The notes below the pieces were generated by a model. It was given only the letters and a program-made list of their open reading frames with translations. It was not told the DNA's origin and searched no databases. The position numbers were made by a program, and so were the translations under genes. A stretch of DNA of 52,568 nt, filler included, from Sphacelaria rigidula (taxonomy: Eukaryota): the NCBI GenBank assembly GCA_964200075.2. It is 4 parts of 4 records of this genome, joined end to end, with 100 filler letters (N's around TTAATTAATTAA, not from the genome) between each part and the next. Parts side by side here need not be neighbours in the genome. Positions count along the whole stretch, not along the records: positions 1 to 13,068 come from CAXNAA020003180.1; 3 more parts are not named here. One strand, given 5' to 3'. This document shows positions 1 to 11,100 of the stretch, in pieces; position 1 is the stretch's first letter; the number at the start of each line of letters is the position of its first letter.

Positions 1-420
1 CGCACCAACGGTACCTTCCTTGCCGATACTGCATGCCTGTTCCCCCAATTCCAGAGGCGCCCTTTGCTCGCACTCTTCCATACATTACACAAAAACTTTT
101 ACATATCTTATCCCCGTCCCGTTTCGCCGTCTCCGGCCACCATCCATCTCCTGGTATAGCCATGCGGGTGTTCTTGCTGTTTGTTTCTTTTCAGCAATGG
201 AATCTCGGAATTCGCACCGCACAGCGTGAAGAGTCGAGTGATGATATGGGTCGCTAGGTTTTTGTGGGCATGATCGCGGGTACTGATGATGCTTTTGTTA
301 TCTTGTGCCCCGTCCACCAATTGATTCTTCCAGCCGTGGCCGTGCTCACACCCCTGTTATGTAATTCATCGTTCGGACGAATATATTCGTGATTCAACCC
401 ACGTTCAACGTTCGTATGAA

Positions 421-540
421 TCAATCATACGATACGATTCGTACACAAAGTTGTGGTTCGTACATGTTATGGGTCCGTGATTCGTGCGACAATACTCGGG
501 GTGTATACATTTCCAGTTCGTGATTCGTGCGAGACGACCT
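421..540 (+). repeat. ATTCGT-rich dispersed repeat (second copy 13262-13380)
   Basis: GTGTATACATT.CCAGTTCGTGATTCGTGC in both copies. Confidence 0.8.
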
Positions 541-689
541 TGAACTTACAACTTCACCATCCATGATCCGTATCGGATGGATCAGCGGTACATGATTCGC
601 ATTCAGCATTCATGGGGAATCAAGCCGTATGAGCTCTAACTCGTGCAAACCGTGGTATGTTTTCCATGTCTTTTTTCGTGTCACGTCAG

Positions 690-761
690 GAGCGACTTCG
701 ATCTCTGAACAAAAACCTGAGCAATAAGCTGGAGCAGCAAGTGGTGGACATCATGAACACG
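690..761 (+). CDS. HhH/kinesin-10-like gene exon (ERLRSL...VDIMNT)
   Basis: Pyrimidine tract plus CAG acceptor at 687-689; donor ACG|GTGAGC at 762; 72 bp open frame. Confidence 0.75.
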
Positions 762-2807
762 GTGAGCACGGGTGGATGAAGACGCGTCAAATCCGTCCGC
801 GTTTTTGTTACACTCTTTTACACCCTGCGTAGGGTGACGATTCACGACTCGTTGCGTGCAACTGAAGTGATTATCGAGCAAGGATGCTGTACAACTTTAG
901 TAGTCGTCTGCGAACAACTTTTGGGCAAAAAACCTGCGCAAGTAGTCGTCTGTAGACAACTACTGGATGGACAAGTGGGGGCAGCTAGTCGTATGTAGGC
1001 GACTACTGGGTGAAAAATTCAGGCAACTGGTCGCGTGTAGATAGCTACTTGATGATCAAAATGTGCAACTAGACGCATGTAGACGACTACTTAATGAGAA
1101 ACCTAGGTGACTAGTCATGGCGTGTCTTAGCACCTTTCCTTATCGATCGGAAAAGTGCGGTGAAAAACAACAATCCTGATCTGATAGGTCGTAATTTCAA
1201 CCATCGTCGTTTATTTTGAAGATGGTTGAAATTACGACCTATCAGATCAGGATTTTTTTGTTTTCCACCGCACTTTTTCGATCGAAAACTTATGTGCTGA
1301 GACACGGCCTCAGCTGTAGATGACATTCAGTCGAAAAAAGCGCGTGACTGACCAACAGCAACCATCGCCCGAAAACTGCTCAACCATTAATATTACAGGT
1401 TAATACGGTCGACTAAATGGTCGTTATTCGTTCCAACCGGTGTGTGGTTTTTTTCCATGGCGTGCATAAAAAATTGGCAGTTCCTTCCATGTCACTGCCG
1501 CATTTTCTTTGCGCCACACGCGGGCAAAAGCTGTGCGATGGTTTCCCAGCCCGACGACGGAGATATCATTTTACACGTGTTTGTATGCAATCCATCTCGG
1601 CTTCTCGGCGTCCGTACTGTTGATGAATAGCGCTGAAGGTGGAGGAACGCCTCCGCCTTGATTGCTAGCTTCAACGAGGTTGCAACAGGCTGCTGATATA
1701 TTGGAAAGCAGTGCTTGGATCAGCTAGCGTTTCTGATTGGATCAGGTGTTCAAGTGACGATGTTTCGTCTACTTGTATGATAGCTCTGTGTCTCGAGTGA
1801 CAATCTTACCTACACAGACGGCGAACTGCTTTTTCCCCATGCGCTGGCCTCGGCAGGCAACCAGGGACGAACTAATGGAACTCCATGGCATTGGGCTACA
1901 ACGTGCGACGAGGATCATCCAGCACAGGTACTGCACACTACTGAAACAAGTAAGATAATATTGAAGTGCTGTCGTAATCGATACGGTGGTGTACATGTCG
2001 CCATACAACGTTCACTTGACGCACTGATCCTACGATAGGGGGGCGTACTCACTCCTTGCTTGCCTTAGTCGTGCGACCGTAGGAGGGGAGTGGTATTTTG
2101 GGGGCATGTTTTCCACGTAATTCCACTCGAAGTCGTCGTTAAAAGCAGCGACGGTTGTCTGAACGCGCTTGGTACCGATAAGACACACTCGTTCACACTG
2201 CTTGACGCCGTTTCCACACAAAATACAAACGCACCACGAGTGTGTTGGGTCGTCTGGCACACCTATGAGCACCCTTTTTTCGTGGAATCGAAACACCCCC
2301 TTCGTCCTATCGTAGGATCAGTCGACAGAGCGCGATACCACAAAGCGCGGCGCTTACGCTGGCATCTTTTGACATGACCTGTTGGTAATAGTGGCGACAA
2401 CTCACTCTGGAGTATGACCATCCTTTTGTACAAGCTATCGCCACAGTACTGTATTTTAGTGGTACCGGTAAAGTACGACAATCAATAAATCCATCAATCA
2501 ACCAATAAATCAACCAATCAATCAATCACCGCAGCCAAGATCCTGTGCCTCCCGCCTCGCTGACACAGAAGATCCATTCCTCAGCGAATGAAGAGGTGTG
2601 TGGCGAAGTCATTTGTTGTAATCGTCGCACTCCCTCGCATGCTGGTGTTGCATTCATTCACTTGGTATGCTTGCCAACAGGACCAGTAATCCGTTCAAGG
2701 CTCTGGCGGACCTGGGGCGGATCGGCATGTTCCCGAAGCAGATCGAGAAGATGGGCAAGCACAACATGCTCGAGTGTCTTGATGTCTCTGCTTCCAGGAA
2801 CACATGA
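690..2807 (+). CDS. 3' end (last 3 exons: 690-761, 1857-1927, 2681-2807) of a protein with a C-terminal helix-hairpin-helix DNA-binding domain, kinesin-10/KIF22(Kid)-like; 5' part lies upstream of the window
   Basis: Manual splicing at GT-AG sites with matching phases (0, 2) gives ERLRSLNKNLSNKLEQQVVDIMNT|ATRDELMELHGIGLQRATRIIQHR|TSNPFKALADLGRIGMFPKQIEKMGKHNMLECLDVSASRNT*. LxxLxGIGxxRAxxI is an HhH motif, and NT..PF..L.DL..I...N matches the known KIF22/kinesin-10 tail pattern. The motor domain is not in the window, so the kinesin assignment is inferred. Confidence 0.8.
901..1118. repeat. 42-bp period tandem array (5+ units) with palindromic core TAGTCGTCT-GT-AGACGACTA
   Basis: Units start at 901, 943, 986, 1028, 1070 and 1112. 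Confidence 0.85.
1120..1308. repeat. Long hairpin / foldback (arms about 85 bp, loop about 15 bp) in an intron
   Basis: AATCCTGATCTGATAGGTCGTAATTTCAACCATC is perfectly mirrored by GATGGTTGAAATTACGACCTATCAGATCAGGATT; the outer arms continue with mismatches. Confidence 0.9.
1857..1927 (+). CDS. HhH/kinesin-10-like gene exon (HhH motif)
   Basis: CAG|GCAACC acceptor, CAG|GTACTG donor; encodes ATRDELMELHGIGLQRATRIIQH. Confidence 0.8.
2023..2322. mobile_element. 300-bp MITE in an intron of the HhH gene
   Basis: Perfect 17-bp TIR ACTGATCCTACGATAGG / CCTATCGTAGGATCAGT; interior homologous to 25730-25940. Confidence 0.8.
2681..2807 (+). CDS. HhH/kinesin-10-like gene terminal exon
   Basis: CCAACAG|G acceptor in phase 2; encodes TSNPFKALADLGRIGMFPKQIEKMGKHNML...; stop TGA at 2805-2807. 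Confidence 0.8.
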
Positions 2808-3880
2808 AGCAGCGCTTTGCTCATGGTCGTAGGGGAGGGGGTAGGATAGGAACGAGGGTACCTACTGTAAGTGTGGAGTTTGGCCGGTAGACCGTCATAG
2901 ACGCCGGGTGAGAGGGGGAGCGGAGAGTTGTGCTCGTATTGAGACGATCGTCTTACTGTGACTGGTGTCTCATTTTTGTTCGTTTGTCAAAAAGGTGGTT
3001 CCCAATCAACCCTCCCTATCGTACTTGTAATTAGATGCTGGGTACTGTATAGTGCGTTTTCCTAGCTCCCATATCGTTTGTCCTGTCGCTCCCAGAAGAG
3101 GAGCAAATTACGTTTTTTTTTTTTTCTCGTTTGTTTCACCATCCGCACAGCCTGCATTTATGGCAGCAATGTACGTACAGTAAGCAGCAAATACAAGAGT
3201 AAGTACTCGTTGTAGCATACCCTTGTAAGAAATGGCTCCTTGGAGGTAGCTTTGGCGTGCTCGTAGCACAACACACTCGCACACATACGTGTGGAAATTT
3301 GTGGGCGGGGAAGCAAGGTGTGCGCATGTCTTGATGGGTAGCAGCAGTACTGGGCAGAGTCATACATGTTTCGGCTGATGTTAACGTGCCTTGCTTGATA
3401 GAGTACATGTTTAATTGTGTTCCCCAAGGGGGGGGGGTCGCGTTCGCGGCAAGCAATCTCGAGCACGAGATGAGGTATTAGTTAACGCCACCGGCTTCGG
3501 CAGGAAGGACTACAAAAAAAGCCGCATGTTCTTCCCCTACAAACAGAGGGTAGATGCACACTTCCAGTCTTTTGGACATGAATTATGAGGGCTTCGTCCT
3601 CGAAACGTGGGTCTGTTATTGCGTGGCAACACGGTTCAGTTGGTTGGGACATGCACGTATGTGTGTATATATGTATACATGTAGGGGGGGCGTGCGACAC
3701 TTGTTGGTACTGGGTGTACATGTTTAGAAAGGAAGAATAGTGAACAAACGGTAAACATGCTGTCATTGGTAGACTTTTGTCTTTCAAGGGAATAAGGTTA
3801 GGATCAACTTACACCACAACGAACGACGGGTACTAACTGCCCTTTGGCAAGATTGATCTAGCATTTTATTGTTAACAACG

Positions 3881-4105
3881 TTTTCGTGAAATTGAGAGTA
3901 GAGCGCTGATTGAGAGTGGTTTTGATCGTTCGCTTTAACTTGGCCATTTTTCATTCCGCGTGTGCTTTTCTTTGCCTCCATAACTTGCGTGTGCTTACAG
4001 CTACACGTCGATATCCTACTCAGGGATATCAAGGGCCTCAGTGGCCAGCTATCACAAAAAGCATATTGGGCCTCGTGGAGGGGCATTTTGGAACTGAAAC
4101 AATTC
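3881..4105 (+). repeat. Dispersed repeat family B (also 24944-25175 and partial 5870-6030)
   Basis: Shared GCTACACGTC.ATATCCTACTCAGGGAT.TCAAGGGC and GTTTTCGTGA.ATTGAGAGTA. Confidence 0.8.
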
Positions 4106-4526
4106 ATTCACTCATTGACCCCTCTTTACTCTCGATCGTATCCTCTCTTCTCAATCTCACGAAAACGTTGTTTATTGTTATTGTTGTTGTTTCCACACTA
4201 AAAACCGTTCCGATATCTGCGCGGTACATTCGTTGTGGGCATTTGATGCGAACGCCTTCCGTGGTCACAGGCTAGCTACCTATAATAAGGTATGGGGAAA
4301 TCAAACAAGGCCAAAAACACAAAATAGACCTATCTTAAAACTCACAAAACGCGACACAATCAAGACAGGGGTAATTAATAAAGAACATAATACACATGGC
4401 TAACCTCAGAAGATCCGGTGCCGCAGGTGGCCATTCGGACTTCAGGGGGTGGCACCCAGCTTTCCAACTCAACACGCGAGGCCAAGTAGAAATGAACATA
4501 GGGTCCGACTACGGGCGAGACTATAA

Positions 4527-4775
4527 ATCCGCTCAATGGATCGTTCGGGGTTTCGTAAAGATTTTAGTGCGCACGCGATCTCCGTTAGGTATAGGGAGTG
4601 CTAGACATGGGGTTTCATCAAGGAGAAAAAATTGGCCCAGATTTTTGAGCAGATGGACACCTTCCCCTTGATTAGAAGACTAATAATGCGATATCCGGAT
4701 CACGGCTCAACTCATCTTTCTCGTGAAGATATCGCTTTGAGAGCTTAAATCCGTTTTTGGGCTGGCCCAGCTCGT
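4527..4775 (+). repeat. Dispersed repeat family K (second copy 44322-44578)
   Basis: ATCGTTCGGGGTTTC...CTAGACATGGGGT...TGGCCCAGA...ACACCTTCCC...TTGAGAGCTTAAA in both copies. Confidence 0.85.
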
Positions 4776-4924
4776 CGCAATCGCAAGGTTCCATCTTTCG
4801 ACTTCTCGAGGGGCAGCTTTACGCACAAGCATACCAGGTGTATCATCACAAGCACTGCATGGCATAGCGACACCCCTCATCGGGGGAGTTCACCCCCCAC
4901 CCCCCCCTTCTCTGAACCGTCGTC

Positions 4925-5197
4925 ATTGCTGTATTATGTGGACTTTGTGGATCTCCCGTCTAATCGCACGCAGCCAGCTGGCCCCCTCTTCATCTCTGTG
5001 CATGAGATCATGAACCTTCCCTCTCCCTGCAGCAGTCCCGCGTGCCACGGCAACCCCCCCTTCTTATTCGCTGCTGAGGTCCATAGGGCGCGGTCAATCC
5101 CGAATATCTGGCGGTTGTCGTCGGTTGAGCCGTCTGTGGCTCCAAGAGAGAGGAGATCGTCCCTCAGGCACTTCAGCCAGTTTTGTTCCGGGCACCC
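4925..5197 (-). mobile_element. 5'-truncated non-LTR retrotransposon (RTE-clade-like LINE) ORF C-terminal remnant
   Basis: Minus-strand translation GCPEQNWLKCLRDDLLSLGATDGSTDDNRQIFGIDRALWTSAANKKGGLPWHAGLLQG...HRDEEGASWLRA fits the G-R-P-x-x-x-W-x-x-C-L-x-x-D-L...W...A...W pattern that follows the RT domain in RTE ORFs. Confidence 0.7.
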
Positions 5198-5289
5198 TAG
5201 GAGATGGAAGGTGACATGTTTGATTCGCTCTGATTCGAACGTTTTTCAATCATTGCCAAGGGCCTGTCGAAAATATATTTCGGCACACC

Positions 5290-7760
5290 TGGACCCCAAG
5301 ATCGGGATATCGAGTTCTAAAGGGGGGGGAGGACACCCACCGTCCTGTCCCCTTGTAATGCCGAGGCGTTGGCGGATGCGGTTAGCTGCCGCGTACGAAG
5401 ATCCTTGGGATGGAGACCGCTGAGATGATGGACACACGGCCCCTCCAAGCTCATCACCTAGGATTACATTTATGGGATCATGTTTCGTGTCGTGTGCTTC
5501 GACCACGTGCCACTAGCAGTCCGGGAAAATTTGGCGAGGCGTGAAATAATATTGCTACTTCGGCTACACGCTGTCGCTACCGTGCGCTTGTGTACTGTAC
5601 AAAGATGTTTGTGAGCATTGCCGACATCTGGGGTCATTGGGAGAGGGCGGGCAAGAAGCAAAGGCAAATATACGAACCTCGCGAAGCCCGCCAGAATTTT
5701 TGGCTTTTGTCAGTGTTTGTTCATCAATTTCTTTCCACAATTTGAACAAAAAAATCACAAGAAAAAAAAGATGTGAAAAATCACGACAAATTTCGAAAAA
5801 TTTCCCTCCGAGAGGGGGAGGGGGAGGGCCCCGGTATCCGAAAATTTTCCCTCGACAGACCCTTACATTTATTCATGTATTTCTTTGCTCAGAACGATGT
5901 CGTGCGCTAACAGCTACACGTCGATATCGTACCAACAGATTTCAGATCATTCACTATTAAGCTATTCCAGACGAAGCGTATAAGGCTTCATTCAGGACCT
6001 CAAGGGAGTATTGGGGTATTTGGGCTGTGTGACAATATATCGGTCATTAATCGTTCAACCATTCCTAAAAATTAGGAGTTGTTCTAGATTTCAGATTGAT
6101 TCATCCCACGGTGAGGAGCTGCCTTTTGGGCCCGCTTCTCGACTGGCTCTGAGAAGAGTTCGCCAATCAACACCATCAGTCGCAATCAAGATATAGTAGG
6201 AAATTCCAATTTGTTGAGTCTTTTCCCTCTCAATGACGCCAGATTGTTGTCTGCGACGAGTGTGAAAGCACATTCAACTCGTTGGGGTTGTTGGAGCAAG
6301 GTGGGCCGGAGACAGTGTCGTGAAGCATGAACGGCTTCACGATTGAGAGTGCAACCCGAAGAGGAGGGGAACCATTTATAGGTTGAGATACTGTCGGCAC
6401 ATTCGGCTGGTCAGCTGTCAAGATTACTGCGCTGTCTTGACGCATATTCCGTATATAGAATTCCATGTCGCTTTCGCGGAATCCACTTTACCTACTAATG
6501 CATCAAAAATATGTCATGATGCCTGCAACCCCATCGGAATTGGGAGGGGGGGGGGGCACACACCCATCCTTTTCACGACACTATTGCAGAGGCGTTGGCG
6601 GATGCATCACCTATCGTGTACAGAGGTTGTCGACATGGAGATTATTATGATGACGGACACTACAATACACTCCTCCAAACTCATGGCGATTACATTTACG
6701 GGATGACGATCCGTCTTCTGTGCCTCGACCATCAACCTCTAGAAGTCCAGGTAAATTAGGTGAGGCGAGGGGCGGTCCTGTCACTAGTGATTACCACCAC
6801 GACGACCGGTGTCGCGTGTTATCGCTGAGCTGTCTTGTTCAGACCGAAGCCACGATCTGCGCCAGGTAAAATCTGCGGTTGTGGAAGTGGCCGTTAGTCT
6901 AATATCTATGCTGCTGAGGACAAGACGTTGAGAGGTAGCACAGCCGACGGATGGACAGTCACCTTACACGCATTAGCTCAGGCGCTCGCTCTTCATCTAC
7001 ACAACTTTTGTTTGACGGATATCCGTCCAGTAGCAGGGTAAAGGCGGCCGCTAGGGTCTTAATAGCAGCCGAAAAAGTGCTATTGCTCAGTTTTCGAGCG
7101 TGTGCTGTGCGCGCTTCACACGTGGGTAGTACTCTCCCCTCGACTACATGGCGATTAGAGCAAGGTCACGCACAGCGGTAAGGGTTGGGAGGGCAACGCC
7201 ATGCTCAGGTCATGTCGACATTTCAACAAACATCTGTAATGCCCCCGTCCACGGGATGTTTCATACTCTTTTCAGAGATACGCGAAAGTGATTTCAGGAT
7301 ACGTCTTCTTTTTTCCTTGCCCATACTCTTGCAGAAATGATTTCCGGCGGTTTTCGGGGAGGCGTGGTACTGAGGACATCATCAGTCTTCAACAGGAGTA
7401 ATACTATGGAAATCTGTGATCACTTCTGATAAGACTCCGCCTTGGATAATGTCGGTATTTTGTCTGCGTGCTATCGCTGCTGGGTGCTTGTGTACTGCGC
7501 GTAGACGTGAGCGTTGCCGATGTCCGAGGGCATTGAGACAGGGCGGGGAAGGAGCGGAAGCGAATTACGACACTCACACGATCCGTCTCCCTCACCGGTT
7601 GGTCAATTTGATGACTCCCTCTCAAAAGTGCCGACGAAAAAATCATCAGAAAGAAAATTTTAGTTGAGTTTAGTCCATCCTCACATTCTTCGTGAAGTTG
7701 TCCTCCGGGAGGGTAAGGGTAGGTCCGTGTCAGACAGATTTCCGTTCACGGACCGTCCTG
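5290..7760 (+). repeat. Local duplicated element family C: 5290-5860 versus 6530-6770 plus 7440-7760
   Basis: Shared GAGGCGTTGGCGGATGC, GATTACATTTA.GGGAT, GCTTGTGTACTG and GTGAGC.TTGCCGA. Confidence 0.7.
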
Positions 7761-7847
7761 GTGCTGTCCAACACGTCGCCCCAAGCATGATATTCTCAAC
7801 GGGTGATGGACTGGTCATTCGCATTGCAGAGCTCGTCTAACATCGTA

Positions 7848-8105
7848 GAGTGATCCTACGGTAGGGGTACAGAAATATTTCCTGAGGTTAGTATTGTTGA
7901 GAGCCCTTCATCTCATGTAAAACACGACTCATGAAAATATGTGAAGGTACGCCAGGATTACCTCTTCAATGTGCTAGAAATATCCCGAATAAATTTGCAA
8001 GCGGGGATGCCTTGATCCATATTTTCGTGAATCTAGAATCGTGAAGAGCCCCTGGACTAGACATAATTTCGCGAAAAAAGTGCACCCTCACCATTGCATT
8101 GCTCC
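7848..8105 (+). mobile_element. MITE family A copy
   Basis: Collinear with 38903-39167 (CTACGGTAGGG...CGCCAGGATTAC...GCGAAAAAAGTGCACCC). Confidence 0.85.
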
Positions 8106-11100
8106 GTATCGAGCGGTTCATTTTTCATTTCGCGCCTTCATTTCGCACCAGGAGTTTCTCCTCTTGTTCTTGCTCACCATCTTCGTGAGGTGCATGCTTT
8201 TTTATTTTTCAAGCGCAAGAAAGCTCTAGTCCAAGCCAGATTTTCAGTCAGAAAACGGGTCATCAGGTGGGGCGACGGGCGTTCCTGACGATTCATCTTC
8301 ACCCCCGTGATTCACGAAAACTGCCATGATGATCATCCGTCCAAGAGCATCTTCAACGTCGCACGTGGCGTGTTCTCCGCGTACGGAACTCATTGCCCAT
8401 GTTCGGTGCTTCAACAGCAGGCTGGTGAATGCTAACGTGCACAAGGGACAACCGTCTTCGCACACGTCCTCTACCGGGTTTTCCCCACCCCTCGCCTCTG
8501 TTTCAACAGCGCATCACCCAACTGCAATTTCACGGGGCGTACCATGACGTTCCTCATTACCAGTCATGGGCATAAGGCCGATCCACTGCTGGTGAAGCAC
8601 TTGAAACGTTGCACAGCACTCTCGATCTCAACCCCAATATCACGCGTCCACTGCTGCGACAATACTTCCTCAGCCATCCAGCCAGGTAGGGGACGTTACC
8701 CTTTAACCAGCTGATGCGCATGCAGACGTTCCGCCAATCCTCGTGAAGGCAGTGCCTGCGATGAGCAAAACCGTTCATGATCGCGGGCGGCAGGCGTGAA
8801 CGGCAAGACAAGAGGGATCGTTACGGCTGGTGGACTATCGCTCAACTTCAAATTTGCTGGCGTCACCAGAGCGCGATTTATAACGCCCGGTCGTGTTGGC
8901 GGAACCATATAGCCGCCACCGCGTCGACTATGGCGAGCAACTTGGTGAGGCACGAAGTTAGAATAGAGCAAGAGACAGTACGATACTTACACGGTGGAGG
9001 AAACACGACAGGTAGCAGAGATGAGATCAACTGTCGTCCCCGTTAGTCGGCTTTTTTCGGCATCGTTGTAGCGTTTTACAGCACTGATTGTCAGACCCTC
9101 AGGCTAGCATTCATCTTCATTTGCCACCGACTACAGGGAGAAACCTTGCACGAAATAGATTTGTGAGGCGCAAATTATGAGTCGAAACATTGATGCGGTT
9201 AGCTTGAGGCAGTCGAGACGAGCTCCTTGACCGTCCCCTGACATTTCGCCAGTTCTCGGTTTACGGACAGCCGATGTCCGGCGACGACTGCTTTGAACAG
9301 GCACACCTTTTAAGGCACCAACTTCAAACACGACGGCTGAGGTTTTCCACCCACAAACTCGAACAGAAAATTTCAATCGCTCAAGATATCTAGATTCCAC
9401 CACCTGATACGGGCTTTGCACACGAACACGACGACCTTTTCTGATCAACTTCCGAGGAATCAGACGTTCATGGACACATCAATCCCCTACAGAAGCTCTG
9501 AATTGACGGATTGGCGAGGGGGTCGGCGTTTCTCTCTTCGAGACACTGAATGCATCAAAGCACGGTCCTTACACCCACTGATTTTAAACACGCACCAAGA
9601 GAAATCATCTTCATCTCCGCCATTATCTCCCCTCATGCTCCTCTGCAGCGTGACACGGGAAATAGTCCGGGTGGATCAACACGACGCCCCTCCATTCTCA
9701 CCCGTCATGTATAGAAGCACCCAGATACAGGAACGATGGGCCGACAATCTGATTACACTTGGCAGGGTGGTGGACCGTACTATCAACACCGCTGGCAGCT
9801 ACCCTCTGACCACCCGCTCCTGGTATGTGCATGCATTCACGCGAGACGACACGAGAGAGGACACGACGCATGGAAGCCTGACTCGCAGTACAGTATATTC
9901 TCCAATGAACTTCCGACTGATGAGACGGACGTTTTTCTTTTCACGGTAAAATAGCTATGAACTGAACGTCAACATTTTGAACCCCGGGCGCCATGTGTCG
10001 TCTCCCTCGGCTAATTTGTGTTGGCATCGTTGCAGCACCCTTGCCCGCTTGTGACGATCATCATCGGCCCGTTATTCTTCGGTGGAGACTCGTTTATATT
10101 CTTCAGAATGAGTCGTTGACCACCGGCGAGGTGACGTTTTCGTTTCGAAACTTGTGATCAGGACTTTGGCATCGTGTTACATAACGGACCGAGAATAAAG
10201 TTCGATGGATATATCGAGAATATCAAACCACAACCGCCGATATCGATATTCTCGTCGATATTCCGAAAATGACACGATACGTTACGAGTATTGACATTTG
10301 ATACGATATGGCCGTTTCGGGATGGCCGCAATGTATAAGACCGAGCGGTACACTATCTGACACCCTCACCCACTTTTGTAGGTCACTCAAGATACCACAT
10401 CTCGTCGACAGTTTTTACAAGCTCACTTCCTCCTCACCAGAAGCGACGAACTTGGCGACGTTGCAATGATGTCGCCGAGAGAAAGTGATCGAGCTTCGAA
10501 ATTCGCCCCTGAGGGTGTTGTATCTCAAGAAACCTACGGTAATTTCCAGTGGAAAAGAGACACATGATATACAGCTGCGGGTAGTGTGCAAATCGATATC
10601 GTACAGCTGTCTTGCGGTATCTTTCGTCATCGTGCAAGATGTATGATATTTCATCACAGCGGGCTGGGTGTGGTATTGGTCAAGTACCTAATTTCTACCG
10701 TCACAATTCCGTGTGTTTCGATCGAATGAGCGCATACCTGAACTCTGCCCGAACTTTTGAAGACAGGTGTCAAGACGAACATGCGCAAACTCAAATGTGA
10801 AGGGGAGCTTGTGGAGTGAGGGATGGAGGGCTGCAAGGGTTGCTGACAAGGGATCTGCCCTACGGGAAATACTACTCCCTGCGTTCACTGTGGCGACGGT
10901 TTTGAGAAGTTGGGCTCATGTGATGAAGGACAAAAATATATCGAGAATATCGGTATTCGATTTTGACAGATACCACACATCTAGATTTCTCAAGCTCTGA
11001 TATCGACGTGGAGTCGCCGATATTAATCAAAGTCATATCGATTGTCGATTTTCCATGTGCAAGACTGCTGTGAACCAGTATACGAGGTTCAAATTTACGG

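Noticed and set aside
901..1118. CRISPR array
   Set aside because: Repeats are degenerate, the linkers are only about 20 bp and resemble each other, there are no cas genes, and the context is a eukaryotic intron
1631..1745. Extra exon of the HhH gene
   Set aside because: Stops in the candidate frames, and the flanking exons already join into a complete HhH motif
4926..5423. 165-aa plus-strand ORF as a gene
   Set aside because: It is antisense to the RTE LINE remnant and runs into an unrelated repeat
8244..9950. Coding-looking GC-rich stretch (possible pseudogene or TE ORF)
   Set aside because: Every frame is broken by stops and I recognise no family motif; a translated search is needed
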